DNA from: Mobula hypostoma
Lineage: Eukaryota
Direction of reading: 5' to 3'
Assembly (NCBI RefSeq): GCF_963921235.1
Contig: NC_086108.1
Span: 67,644,001-67,708,000 of the forward strand
DNA length: 64,000 nt
Shown here: piece after piece, positions 12,470 to 24,400 of the stretch
Layout of the letters: every line of letters begins with the position of its first letter
Position numbering within the stretch: the first letter of the stretch is position 1
Notes under the pieces: model-generated
Databases searched by the model: none
Seen by the model: the letters and a program-made list of their open reading frames with translations, nothing else
Told to the model about the DNA's origin: nothing
Made by a program: the position numbers and the translations under genes

Positions 12470-13465
12470 CTAAAAAAGATTATTTTGCACAAAGGCATTA
12501 ATAAAAAAAATTAAAATAATCTAGTAGATTAAACACAAAAAAGTTAGCAAGTACAGCAAATAATTAGGAAAACTAATGGGTTGTTGGCCTTTATTACAAG
12601 GACTATAAGTGCAGGGAAGTGTTGAAATTGCCAAATAACAGAGTGCTCTTTATATCCTTGTAGGTAACTTCAACAACAGCACCTCCAATATACTTTAGCT
12701 GTCTCACTAAAAGTTTATAGTAATCTAAAATTCAATAATGTACTCCTAAGACTCCAGAGTCCCCCAAAGTAAGTAAAAATTCAATAGTACTGTCAACAAA
12801 CTACACAAAGATTTTCTGAAGATTGTGAATCCTGCTGAATCAGTACTAGATGAGACTGGGTGCAGGAAATGCGTGCCCACTCTGATCTCCCTCTGCAGAA
12901 AGGAACGAATATTTCTTTCCTTTAGTAAAGACATTTGTCTCCAATACAGGGTGAAAGGTTTAGTCAAAGATGGGTAAGCAATTCTTTATACATCTCGCTC
13001 CTTTCCCCGGTAAATTGCCCTCTGAATCATTAGGAACTCTTAATATGCTTCAGGTAGCTTAAAGAATGAGAAAGGTGTTAATTTTGATGTGTGTCTAATA
13101 CTGCAAATGTAATGTTCATTTTGTCAATTTTTACAGCATTTTGCTGCACTTCCAATTATGTCAACTTACTGTTAATCTATGTGTAATACATAATTCGATT
13201 TTAATCCTTGAATTAAATGACTGCAAACTATCCTTCAACACTATTTTTTCTTTCTAATAATTATGTGATGTGTGTTAGAATTATAGAGTTATATAAACAT
13301 TAAAGAAATAGTTGTTTTTAATAAGAAGGACATTCACACAACTGACAGGAGCATTAATCCAGAACATATTCAGCAATGTGGGCAGATTTACTATACATGG
13401 CAGAATAAATAATTAATATTTTAAAAATAATATTATTTTAGTCAATTATTTAGTGCAAAGCTCAC

Positions 13466-13546
13466 CTCATTTTGTACTTGTATAGGGTTGAGTAGGCATT
13501 CTTTGATAACTGATGTTGTTGAGAATTCTAGTCGGGGAGCTATACC
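13466..13546 (-). CDS. spata6: SPATA6-family exon 6 (GIAPRLEFSTTSVIKECLLNPIQVQNE)
   Basis: 81 nt, CTTCAG acceptor, GTGAG donor, phase 0/0. APRLEFSTTSVI matches the end of the SPATA6 domain. Confidence 0.92.
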
Positions 13547-14614
13547 CTGAAGGAGAAGAGACCAAATAACATCAACGATTAAATCTACATCTCTCACATA
13601 ATATCATGGGGAAAAAGAAACACGAGTTATCAGAACATACCTAAACATCATCCTGTACAGATCTACTGCTAACATTGCCTAAATTACAGAAAATCATATA
13701 TTCATTCTAACCAGTTTATAATTTTCTACTTCAGAAATTAATGTTTCAAGCATCCTCACAGTGTGCCTGAGGTGATCTACTAGAAGTTCACTAAAGTGGG
13801 TGCAGAGGGATTGTTTCTTGACAAGAGAAGTATCATCTTTTTATGTGTTGATTAAAATTTCTGGAGATAAATATACTTCCATTATTGTACCCAAGATCTC
13901 TCTCTCTAATCACCACTAAATACATGCTAAATAGCTATTTACATAATCTGGAGTTTTAGGGCCTTACTAGGGTTGTCAGCCTGTCTACATGTCACTCTAA
14001 CTTCACTTTTTAAATCAGTTCTTTTAACATCAAAACAGGTGCAATTTCCTGAGAGTCAGATACAATTCCAGCTTTCCACAGAACTGAGGCTGAATAAATA
14101 CAGTATTTGCAATCTGAAAATCAGAGGGCTTAATTGCTGCAAGAATTCTTCTAATCATCTTCAATAAGTTTGGTGGACCATTCTTATTTCTTGCTGTTCC
14201 TCTGATTTTTGTAGAGCTTTAGGGGAGAAACAAAGTTTGAGATAAAATGGCCTCAGTTTGCCCACCTGCTCATCTGGCAAATTATATTAGAAAACTCTTG
14301 ACTTATTTTTTTGTCATTGCTCACCAAACATCCCAAAATGTTTATTTTCCCTTAATACTTGCTCTAAGTAGCTTCAATCTCCAGCTCAACCCTCTGCTAA
14401 TCTCACCTGCATTTACTGTCCTTCCTTGCTTTGCTTAATCTTTCTATCCAAATAAACTTCACCACACTTGTTTATAGCTGCCCACTTTGCATCTTCTGTG
14501 ACCTATTTATTTCAATGACCTAAATTATTAAAAAAAAGTCATCTCTGATCACTTAGTCATATATTTTCCTAATCACATCTCTAATCCACTCCAATCCTTT
14601 TTCCTATTTCTTTC

Positions 14615-14985
14615 ATAGAACATTATAGCACAGGAACAGGCCCTTTAGCCTACTATGTCTATATGACCACATTGCTGATTTGAACTAATTCCTTCTGCTT
14701 GGATCTGACCCATATCACTTCATTCTCTGACTAAGTGCCTTTTAAGCACCACTATGATATCTGCCTCCAGCATCACACTGGCAGCCCATTCTAAGCACTA
14801 ACCACACTTTGTATAAAAGAAACTTACCTCCTTTAAACTTTCCCCTCCTACCTTCAACCTATGCCCTCTAGTACTTAACATTTCCACCCTGGGGAAAGAA
14901 CTCTGTCTACTTTATCAAACATGCCTCTCATAATTTTTGTAATCTTCTTTCAGCCTCTGACACTCTGGAGAAAACAAGTTTCGAA
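14615..14985 (-). mobile_element. Degenerate CR1 3' end
   Basis: CATAGAACAT...ACAGGAACAGGCCCTTTAGCC tail, then TTAAACTTTCCCCT, as in the other CR1 3' ends. Confidence 0.6.
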
Positions 14986-15764
14986 AGAACTCCCAAGTCA
15001 CTAACAAATAAACAGTCACTTTCTCTATACCCTTTCACCCTCCCATAAAATTTCTCTCTCTCTCCCTCTCATCTGAGCTTTCTCCTTTAAGATTCGCCAT
15101 ATACCCACACTTTTAACAAAGCTTTTGAATACTGTATGCAGTCTTCATATTGTTTGATAAAGTTCTTAGGTATGTCCTGTTGATTAAAGCACTACATAAA
15201 TGTGCACTGCACTTGTTATTTTCCTTTTCTGACCTTCTGCTCCCATCTTCACTAAATATTTTTCCTCCAACAGCTCCTGTTCTGCTTTAGAAACAGTCAT
15301 CTGCCTTGTGGCAATGCTAGCAGTGGCAGAAGTTTCTAGTTTATATCATTCTTACATCCAATTCTTATACAGTTTTAGGAACATTGCAGCTCCTCTTCAC
15401 TAACCATTAACACAGGTGCAACTCAAACCTGTGGGCTTAGCTTTCTGCTCTATCCCCATACATGACTGTGTGGCTAAACACAGCTCCAATATCATCTCAG
15501 AACATAGAATAGTACAGCACAGTACAGGCCCTTCGGCCCACAATGTTGAGCGGACCCTTAAACCCTGCCTCCCATATAAACCCCCAGCTTAAATTCTTCC
15601 GTATACCTGTCTAGTAGTCTCTTAAATTTCACTAGTGTATCTGCCTCCACCACTGACTCAGGCAGTGGATTCCACACACCAACCACTTTCTGAGTAAAAA
15701 ACCTTCCTCTAATATCCCCCTTGAACTTCCCACCCCTTACGTTAAAGCCATGTCCTCTTGTACT

Positions 15765-17133
15765 CAGACACCCCACCTCTCCCGGAAGTTCCGGGAGTCT
15801 CCCGCATATCGATAGTGGCTCCCTGACGCCCGGAAAGTATATACAATATCCCGGAAATAGATTTTTTTTGAGCGGGAGAAGGAGAGGGAGAGTGAACATC
15901 CTGATTGGTCTCTCTTCGTGCTAAGAGTGGTCCCCAACCATCGGGCCATGAGGAAACAATATGATTTGGCGATATGAAACGATATGAGTCAGCTGCATCT
16001 TTCTTCATTCCCTGTCACGCCCACTGTTGAATTTGAACGCACGCGAGGTCATCAGTGACCCGAGACGTGCAAAGGAATGGGTCCGTGACCCATTTGTGAA
16101 TGTCCCCGGTGAATCATCCATGTCAGCGCGGGAAGAAGATCAACTCCTTGAGCTTGCAAATGACGATGGGCTGAAAAGTATGCTTGATATAACATCTCTG
16201 CCGGTATTCTGGATCAAAGTCAAGGCTGAATATCCTGAGATAGCCACGAAAGCACAAAACGTTGCTTCCATTTCCAACATATCTCTGTGAAGTGGAGTTT
16301 TCTGCAATGAATGCAACGAAAACTAAATTGCGGAATAGACTGGACATAAGGAACCCCCTTCGAGTATCACTGTCTCCCATCACCCCTCGATAGGACCGTC
16401 TTGTTGCAGGGAAACAAGCCCAGGGCTCCCACTGATTAAGCGATATTGGTGTGTTGCAATTATTTTATATGTTCATACGGGGAAAATATGCGCTGTGTAT
16501 TTAATATCCAAACGTTACTTAAAATGTTATGATGCGATTGACTTATCACCTATACTCCGGTTGTGATTAACACCCCCGCCCCCAGTCGGCCGGTCCGCAA
16601 GAATATTGTCAATATTAAACCGGTCTGTGGTGCAAAAACGATTGCGGATCCCTGCTAAGTAGACCTATCAGTTTTCTCTGTGGGTGGGCTTTACAGTCGA
16701 CCTCAAAAATAATGACAGCGTTGCTCGCTGCACTGTTTGCAACAGTGACTTTTCTATTGCCCATGGTGGGTTAAAATGTAAAAGACATGTTGAGGTGAGT
16801 TTAACAGGTGTCACTCGTTCATTAGCATAACTAACGTTATTTAAACTAGCTGGCTCGCTGCTAAGGAGCTGCGCTACTGATGTCCTACTTGATGAGGTCA
16901 AACTCCCTGTAGACTTGCTTAAAGTTGTAATAGAATAAACATGATAATATAAGTACATATTTTAATGTCACATTTTCTGCATATACCCAACTTGGTTTAC
17001 AGATTAGACAAAATCACTAAACAAAGTATTACATACACCCTTGGAGGTCGACTGTGGGGGGGTGGGGATATGGGGTTGCGGGGGGTAGGGGTGCTATCTC
17101 CCTGAAATGAGTTTTTGCAGGGTGGGATGCCTG
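15765..17133 (+). mobile_element. Non-autonomous hAT-superfamily element with 6-bp TSD and a BED-finger remnant
   Basis: Termini CAGACACCCCACC...GGTGGGATGCCTG. TSD TGTACT (15759-15764, 17134-17139). 16720-16795 encodes ARCTVCNSDFSIAHGGLKCKRHVE. Confidence 0.8.
15926..16654 (+). mobile_element. Charlie/Buster-type hAT deletion derivative nested in the 6-bp-TSD element
   Basis: Left end AGTGGTCCCCAACC, degraded right end ...GATCCCTG, CTAAG on both flanks. Encodes the hAT C-terminal dimerisation region EWVRDPF...FWIKVKAEYPEIATKA...YLCE..FSAM..TKTKLRNRLD. Confidence 0.85.
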
Positions 17134-17214
17134 TGTACTGAGCAGTGGTGCCCTGGGGAAGAGGCACTGGCTGTCCACTATCTATTCCTCTTAATATCTT
17201 TTATACCTAAATCT

Positions 17215-17810
17215 ACTACGACACCACTGTTGTTGGATGAATTACAGGTGGTGATGGGTCAACTTACAGGAGAAAGTTAGGTTACATGGTTGAATATGTG
17301 CTGCAAAAACCTCTCACTTATCGTCAGCTAAACTAAAGAGCTGATTGTTGACTTCAGGAAGGGGAAAGAGGATGATCATGCACCGGTCTACACCAAAGAG
17401 TCAATAATTTTAAATTCCTGGGTGTTACTTTATCAGATGACTCATCCTGGGACAGTACACAGATGCAATCACAAGGAAATCATGCCAGTATCATTGCTTT
17501 CTCACAAGACTAAGGAAGTTCAGCTTATCATTGAACACTAACACCTACGTTTAAAAGTACCCTGACGGGTTGCATCATGATCTGCAATGGCAATTCAAAT
17601 GTGCAGGAGCATAAGAAACTGAAGAAAATATTGGATTCTACCCATATCCCGGGCACATCCTTCCCCACAACTTGTATTACCCACAGGAGGCAATATTTAA
17701 TATCAAAAATCCCTGCCATCTGCACTATGCCATCTTTTCACAGCTATCATCAGGCAGGAGATAGAGTAGTCCAAAGTCCCATGCTACCAGGTTCAAGAAC
17801 AGCTACTTCC
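17215..17810 (+). mobile_element. Degenerate Rex/Babar-type LINE 3' fragment
   Basis: AAACTAAAGAGCTGATTGTTGACTTCAGGAAG (KTKELIVDFRK), FKFLG and CCAGGTTCAAGAACAGCTACTTCCC (RFKNSYFP). Confidence 0.7.
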
Positions 17811-17819
17811 CTTTATCCA

Positions 17820-18760
17820 AAATCAGATTTAATATCACTGGCATATGTCGTGAAAGTTGGTTCTTTGATAGCAGCAACACAATATAATAGATAATAATAA
17901 AAACTGTGAATTGCAGTAGGTATATTTGTTGTATATACATAAAATAGTTAAATTAAATAAGCATAGCAAAAAATAGTGAGGTAGTGCACATAGATTCAAT
18001 GTCCATTCAGGGAAGAAGTTGTTCCTGAATCATTAGAGTGTGTGCCTTCATCCTTCTGTATCTCCTTCCTCAAGGTAGCAATGAGAAGAGGGCATGTTGT
18101 GAATGGTGGGGAACTGATGGATGCTTTTGAGGTATCACTTCTTGAAGATGTCCTGGATGCTACAGAGGCTAGTGCCCATGATGCAGCTGATAGAGTTCAC
18201 AACTTTCTGCAGCTTCTTTTAATCCTGTGCAGTAGCCACCCCCCCCCACCCACCCTCCCCACCTCCATACCAGATGTGATGCAGCCAGTTAAAATGCTCT
18301 CCGTGGTACATCTGTAGACATTTGCGAGCATCTTTGGTAACATATCAAATCTCCTCAAACTTCTAATGAAATATAACTGCTGCAGTGCCTTCTTTGTAGC
18401 ATAAATATGTTGGGCCCAGGATAGATCCTCAGAGAAGGTGATACCCAGGAACTTGAAATTGTTCACTCTTCCCACTTCTGATCCCTCTATGAGGACTGGT
18501 GTATTTTCCCTCATCTTACCCGTTCTGAAGTCCACAATCAGTTCTATAGTCTTACTGACAGAGTGCAAGGTTGTTGCTGTGACACCACTTAGCTTGCTCC
18601 TGTACACCTTCTTGTCACCATCTCGAATTCTGCCAACAATAGTTGTGTCATCAGCAAATTTATAGATGGCATTTGAGCTGTGCCTAGCCACACAGTCTTG
18701 GATGTAGAGAGAGTACAGCAGTGAGCTCAGCCCATATTCTTGAGGTGCACCAAGGGTGTT
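17820..18760 (-). mobile_element. Rex/Babar-type LINE 3' fragment with RT motifs
   Basis: ORF 18197..18769 contains GAPQ...LLYSLY..DC...IYKFADDTTIVG, KTIELIVDFR and YRCTTESILTGCIT. Confidence 0.85.
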
Positions 18761-18787
18761 CTTAACCAACTAGCTAAATCATAATTA

Positions 18788-18935
18788 AAACGCAAACAAC
18801 AGGAATTCTGCAGATGCTGGAAATTCAAGCAACATACATCAAAGTTGCTGGTGAACGCAGCAGGCCAAGCAGCACCTCTTCGTATAGATGCTGCTTGGCC
18901 TGCTGCGTTCACCAGCAACTTTGATGTATGTTGCT
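18788..18935 (-). mobile_element. 148-bp PLE terminal insertion with a perfect 48-bp inverted repeat
   Basis: Arms at 18827-18874 and 18889-18936. 13-bp TSD TAAATCATAATTA (18775-18787, 18936-18948). Same family as the element at 26264. Confidence 0.9.
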
Positions 18936-20907
18936 TAAATCATAATTACTACAGTTTAGCAACATTATGAACACTCTGACCACCTTCCACTAAAATGAAC
19001 CTTTTTTGTTCTGATTAAGTTTGTTTATCAAAATCTTGCATGTTTTTCTCACGAATACTGCTTATATATGCCTATCATACTGCTGCAAGTAAGTTTTAAT
19101 TGCTCAGGTGCATACATGTACTTGTGCATAAGACAATAAACTCAACTTTGACTTTGAGCTCAACCTTCATAACTAGCTCCATAAGATTACTGTCTGTAGT
19201 GAGGTGTTCAAGACAAAAAGTCTTGTGGCTATCCTAAGTGTCTTCAATGGAAATACAGGAATATCCCATCTCCCAAAGTATATTGTCTGAAACTGAAAAA
19301 AGAGCAAACATATTTTGAGGAAGGGCAATTCCTAATCAGCAATCAACTGAAAAGGAATTGAGCAAATTTTTCTTTGTGATAGATTTGATGTTAATGGCAA
19401 TGAGCAAGACTTATTTGGTTGGATGACAGAAAAGTAATCAGATTGTAGAAAGGCAATCTGAATATTATAATGTACACATAGTGCCCACCACATTAATCCC
19501 TTGAAGGTTGTTTTAAATTTGTAAAATGTGTGCTCTTATTTCTAAGAGATCTTGAGAAACAGCAAATTGTAGATTGAATGTATTTAATCTTCCCTGCTGA
19601 ATGAAATATCTTTTTGAGCACAATAAGTAGTTCAAGCAAAATATTTTAATAGGTATTCAAACGTTAATTTCAATATATAAACAACTTAGCCACTAACACG
19701 TGATCATATTATGACAAGTGGATAAATCTTGATTATTATAACTTTGTTTTGAAATGACCTTGAATATTTTTTCAAGAACTATTTTATATGCCTTAAATAT
19801 ATGTCGATAATGAAATGCTGTTGTTTCTTCAGTGTTCTTCCAAAAAAATAAATTGCCATATAATAGCGTTTATGGATGTTTTACTGTATATTCAGAAAAA
19901 TTTAACCAAATTTTACATGCAAATAAATATATAATCCATCAAGTTCAATGTTGTTATCATAACACATTTTCCTTAACCTACTGTTACAACATCAGAAGAG
20001 ATCTGACAAGACTTTTTATAATTTTCGGCTAAAATGGTTGAAAGTTGCCTTTCAACTCATGGTAAGTTCAACTAGAATTTTGAAGGTGATATTTCTAATG
20101 TTATGTAGGTCTGCCTTGTCTGTGAAATGACATCAGCCTTCCAATATTATGTTTTTGCAAAGGATTGTATCAGACTAGCCTCTGGACCATTCTTTTTAAT
20201 GACAATCAATGTGCACCAATGGTGAATTCAATGGGGAACCAACAATTCATAATATCATTAACTCCTTGATCCACTGAGATAATCTTTGGTCAGAGACATC
20301 AATGGCATTGCTGTGAAAATGTGGTGCTGCTGATACAAGCACAATCATAATAATAGCTTATTTGCAAAAGCATCAAGAACAATTTTCTAACACATTTAAG
20401 CTGGCACTCTACACTTAACCTACACTCACTTTCGCAAAATGTTTCCAATATGCACTGAAAAATCTTGTAAATAACTGTCAGCAATTTGGTCTTCAGACAT
20501 GATTCCAAAATATACCTGCTTAGTTTAAAAAAACAAGTCAGCCAGAGGTTAATTTGCGCAATAGGCAGATTTCTAGCTCATGATCCTAATATCAGAGACC
20601 ACGTATTCACACCAATGTTGCTTCCCAGGTATATTCAAATGAAGTATCCAGCCAATCTACATGTAAATTCTGTGGGTAGGGAATTGGGGTTCAGGAAGTG
20701 AGCACAGACTAAACCAAGCCCATAGCCTTGCTGGGCAGGCAATGGAATTCCTGTTCTTACTGGTAAGAACAAAGAAACAAGTCTTCTTGAGCATTTTCCA
20801 ATGGCCGCTTTAATTCACAACGAAGTCCAAAATCTGATCACTGCATCATCACATGCTACACTCAATGTCTGCCTAATTTGCTAATAGGCAACAAAAACAG
20901 CTGCTAG

Positions 20908-21427
20908 TGGTCACCAAATTACAGGAAGGATATAAATAAGGTTGAAAGAGTGCAGAGAAGATTTACAAGGATGTTGCCGGGACTTGAGAAACTCAGTTAC
21001 AGAGAAAGGTTGAATAGGTTAGGACTTTACTCCCTGGAGCGTAGAAGAATGAAGGGAGATTTGATAGAGGTATATAAAATTATGATGGGTATAGATAGAG
21101 TGAATGCAAGCAGGCTTTTTCCACTGAGGCAAGGGGAGAAAAAAACCAGACATGGGTTAAGGGTGAGGGGGGAAAAGTTTAAAGGGAACATTAGGGGGGG
21201 CTTCTTCACACAGAGAGTGGTGGGAGTGTGGAATGAGCTGCCAGACGAGGTGGTAAATGCGGGTTCTTTTTTAACATTTAAGAATAAATTGGACAGATAC
21301 ATGGATGGGAGGTGTATGGAGGGATATGGTCCGTGTGCAGGTCAGTGGGACTAGGTAGAAAATGGTTCGGCACAGCCAAGAAGGGCCAAAGGGCCTGTTT
21401 CTATGCTGTAGTTTCTATGGTTCTATG
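20908..21427 (+). mobile_element. Young 5'-truncated CR1 3' fragment
   Basis: Unbroken ORF 20950..21354 (QRRFTRMLPGLEKLSYRERL...FFTQRVVGVWNELP) and a TTCTATGG-type tail. Confidence 0.9.
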
Positions 21428-22542
21428 AATTGGCATTGACTCCATTTGTGAAGTCATCAGCTGCTAATTTGGAGTCATAGACTTCCAGAAATCTAGTTCT
21501 AGAAATAAACTTCTCAGTCAAAGATAACTTGAATTTTCTACCCATAAGAAAATAAAAAGTGATACTTCTGTCAGCTTATATTCAAATACAGTCAATCCCT
21601 GTGTTATTGAAATTTAGATAACAGAAATTCACACTGACAGAATTCCTTAATCATCATATAATGGTTTGAGATGCATAATAAAATGCACTTCCCAGAAATT
21701 TGCATGAAAAGCCAATAAATAACACAATACGTTGCTTTCAACTCATATTTCTTGATGTATGTGCAGATAACATAGGTTTGCATTACAGAAAACTACAAGA
21801 ATGAGCTCCCCAACCCCCACAGCACAGCGGCAGACTATAACATTCCAAAGGGTTACAGTTTAAAATTGAAAGGATTTAAAATATACATTGTCAAACAAGG
21901 ATGATGAACTGCAATAATTATAAATAATATTTAAAATATGACTGTTTCTATTAAAATCAGATTCTATTTTAAGGATAGCTAAGAAGCTTTGGATTAATAG
22001 TTTGATATTATGCTGTTGGAAAAAGTTTGAATTAAATTTTTTTAATGAAAAATCTTAGCAAATTTGCATGCAATTTTCAAGAGTTGTATCCTATTAAGTT
22101 CTCCATTCTTGTCACTAGTGCTGTTCAAAGAGATCATGTTAGTTGTTGCTCAGTCAGAAAGCACAGTACAGAAGGAGCTGTGATGTGTGGAAGAGCATTG
22201 TGTATACTGAGCTGCGTAATAAGTTAGCCTAGCAGACTTATTACCTTCAGGAGCCAAGTTTAATCTAGGTCACTGGGCAGATAAATGCTTCCCAATTCAT
22301 GCAAACTGTCCTGCTTATGCAGAGGGGTGATAATACTGTCAAAGTAAAATAATACTTCCTTTTTCTAATACGATATGCCTAAAATGGATTCTTGTCTCTT
22401 TCAGCAGAAATACTATATTTGAACTTGATAAACCTTAAATTCACCTTCAATTTCTTGAAGATGATTACTTGCTAGAATGAAATTTTGGAAAATATGTTGC
22501 AATGTAATATATATTCTGCATTAACTGCACATCAATACTTAC

Positions 22543-22667
22543 AGGAAAATCAATTGATCTTTTCATTAATAGTTCTCTGTCCATTCCTGGATAGCTTGGT
22601 GTCAGCCTGTGACCAGGATAAAGAAACTCCCTCGTGTTCTGCTCATAAATAGACAGTGTTTCGCCCA
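22543..22667 (-). CDS. spata6: SPATA6-family exon 5 (VGETLSIYEQNTREFLYPGHRLTPSYPGMDRELLMKRSIDFP)
   Basis: 125 nt, TTTGCAG acceptor, GTAAGT donor, phase 1/0. Contained in ORF 22465..22695. Confidence 0.93.
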
Positions 22668-23009
22668 CTGCAAAGAAATATTTTGAAGACATCATACCTT
22701 GAAACTTATGACCTATTTCTCTTCTGTAACAATAGTAATTCAGAACCCCTAATGCACTGCATAGTAAAATACTTGATTTTACAGAATTACCAGTTCAGGC
22801 AATAGATTGACATGCCACTATGAATAGCATTGGGGTTCCTAATGATGGAGAAGAATGTTAGGCAATGAACAACAAAATAAGGGTAAGAGTGCTAAATGCT
22901 TGGCTGGTGCTGAAAAAGATAATACATATAAAAAACCAAGAACAATAATTTGGATGGGAGATGATAATGATGGTAAAACCTTTACAATCGATAAAACTAA
23001 TCTGACACA

Positions 23010-23995
23010 CCCATATCCTATAACCATATAACAATTACAGCACGGAAACAGGCCATCTCGGCCCATCTAGTCCGTACCGAACTCTTACTCTCACCTAGTC
23101 CCACCGACCTGCACTCAGCCCATAACCCTCCATTCCTTTCCTGTTCATATAGCTATCCAATTTAACTTTCAATGACAACATCGATCCTGTCTCAGCCACT
23201 TCTGCTGGAAGCTCGTTCCACACAGCTACCACTCTCTGAGTAAAGAAGTTCCCCCTCATGTTACCCCCCAAACTTTGGCCCTTTAACTCTCAACTCATGT
23301 CCTCTTGTTTGAATCTCCCCCACTCTCAATGGAAAAAACCTATCCACGTCAATTCTATCTATCCTCCTCATAATTTTAAATACCTCTATCAAGTCCCCCC
23401 TCAACCTTCTACGTTCCAAAGAATAAAGACCCAACTTGTTCAACCTTTCTCTGTAACTTGGGTGATGAAACCCAGGTAACATTCTAGTAAATCTTCTCTG
23501 TACTCTCTCTATTTTGTTGACATCTTCCCTATAATTCGGTGACCAGAACTGTACACAATATTCCAAATCTGGCCTTACCAGTGACTTGTACAATTTCAAC
23601 ATTACATCCCAAATCCTATACTCAATGCTCTGATTTATAAAGGCCAGCATACCAAAAGCTTTCTTCACCACCCTATCCACATGAGATTCCACCTTCAGGG
23701 AACTATGCACCATTATTCCAAGATCCCTCTGTTCTATTGCATTCTTCAATGCCCTACCATTTACCATGTATGTCCTATTTTGATTAGTCCTACTAAAATG
23801 TAGCACCTCACATTTATCAGCATTAAACTCCATCTGCTATCTTTCAGCCCACTCTTCTAACTGGCCTAACTCTCTTTGCAAGCTTTGAAAACCTACTTCA
23901 CTATCCACAGCTCCACCTATCTTAGTATCATCTGCATACTTACTAATCCAATTTACCATCCTATCATCTAGATCATTAACGTATATGACAAACAT
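23010..23995 (-). mobile_element. 5'-truncated CR1 LINE
   Basis: ORF 23261..23833 (MEFNADKCEVLHF...LVRPDLEYCVQFWSP); YADDTK just upstream; tail repeat reads ATAACCAT on the + strand. Confidence 0.9.
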
Positions 23996-24314
23996 TGGAC
24001 AAACAATGTTAACAACTCTGCTTCTCTTCCTGCCTCACAGTTGTCCTGTTCTTTGTTTCACAATAGAACAAGGACTGATTTGTAAGAACCTCAGCATGTC
24101 TTTAACTAGCACTAATGACGCAACTCTCCTGTTGCTAGAATCATGATAGGAAAATCTATCACGCAGAAGGTCAAGCCAGTTCAAATGTGCCAAATTAATG
24201 TGTTATACCTCAAGGGGATGTCTGCACAGTCCTTTTCAAACATGAGAGCAAGAACTAAGAGGAATAATGGCAAATCTAAGACACAAGAAAGACCGTACAT
24301 GCTAGAAACCTGGA

Positions 24315-24400
24315 GCAACACACAAAATGCTGGAAGAACTCAGCAGGTCAGGCAGCATTTATAGCGGGAAATGGACAGTCAATGTTTCAGGTTCAGACCC
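24315..24400 (-). mobile_element. Short PLE terminal fragment
   Basis: GCAACACACAAAATGCTGGAAGAACTCAGCAGGTCAGGCAGCA...CAGTCAATGTTTCAGG. A similar piece lies at ~46150-46220. Confidence 0.65.

Larger units (their letters stand above)
15499..17210 (-). mobile_element. CR1 3' fragment (15499-15764 plus 17140-17210) split by a hAT insertion
   Basis: TRGHGFNVRGGKFKGDIRGRFFTQKVVGVWNPLP and a CR1 tail. CR1 sequence resumes after 17139. Confidence 0.8.

Noticed and set aside
12746..12975. Open frames on both strands in intron 6
   Set aside because: No recognisable motif or splice support; the length is compatible with chance.
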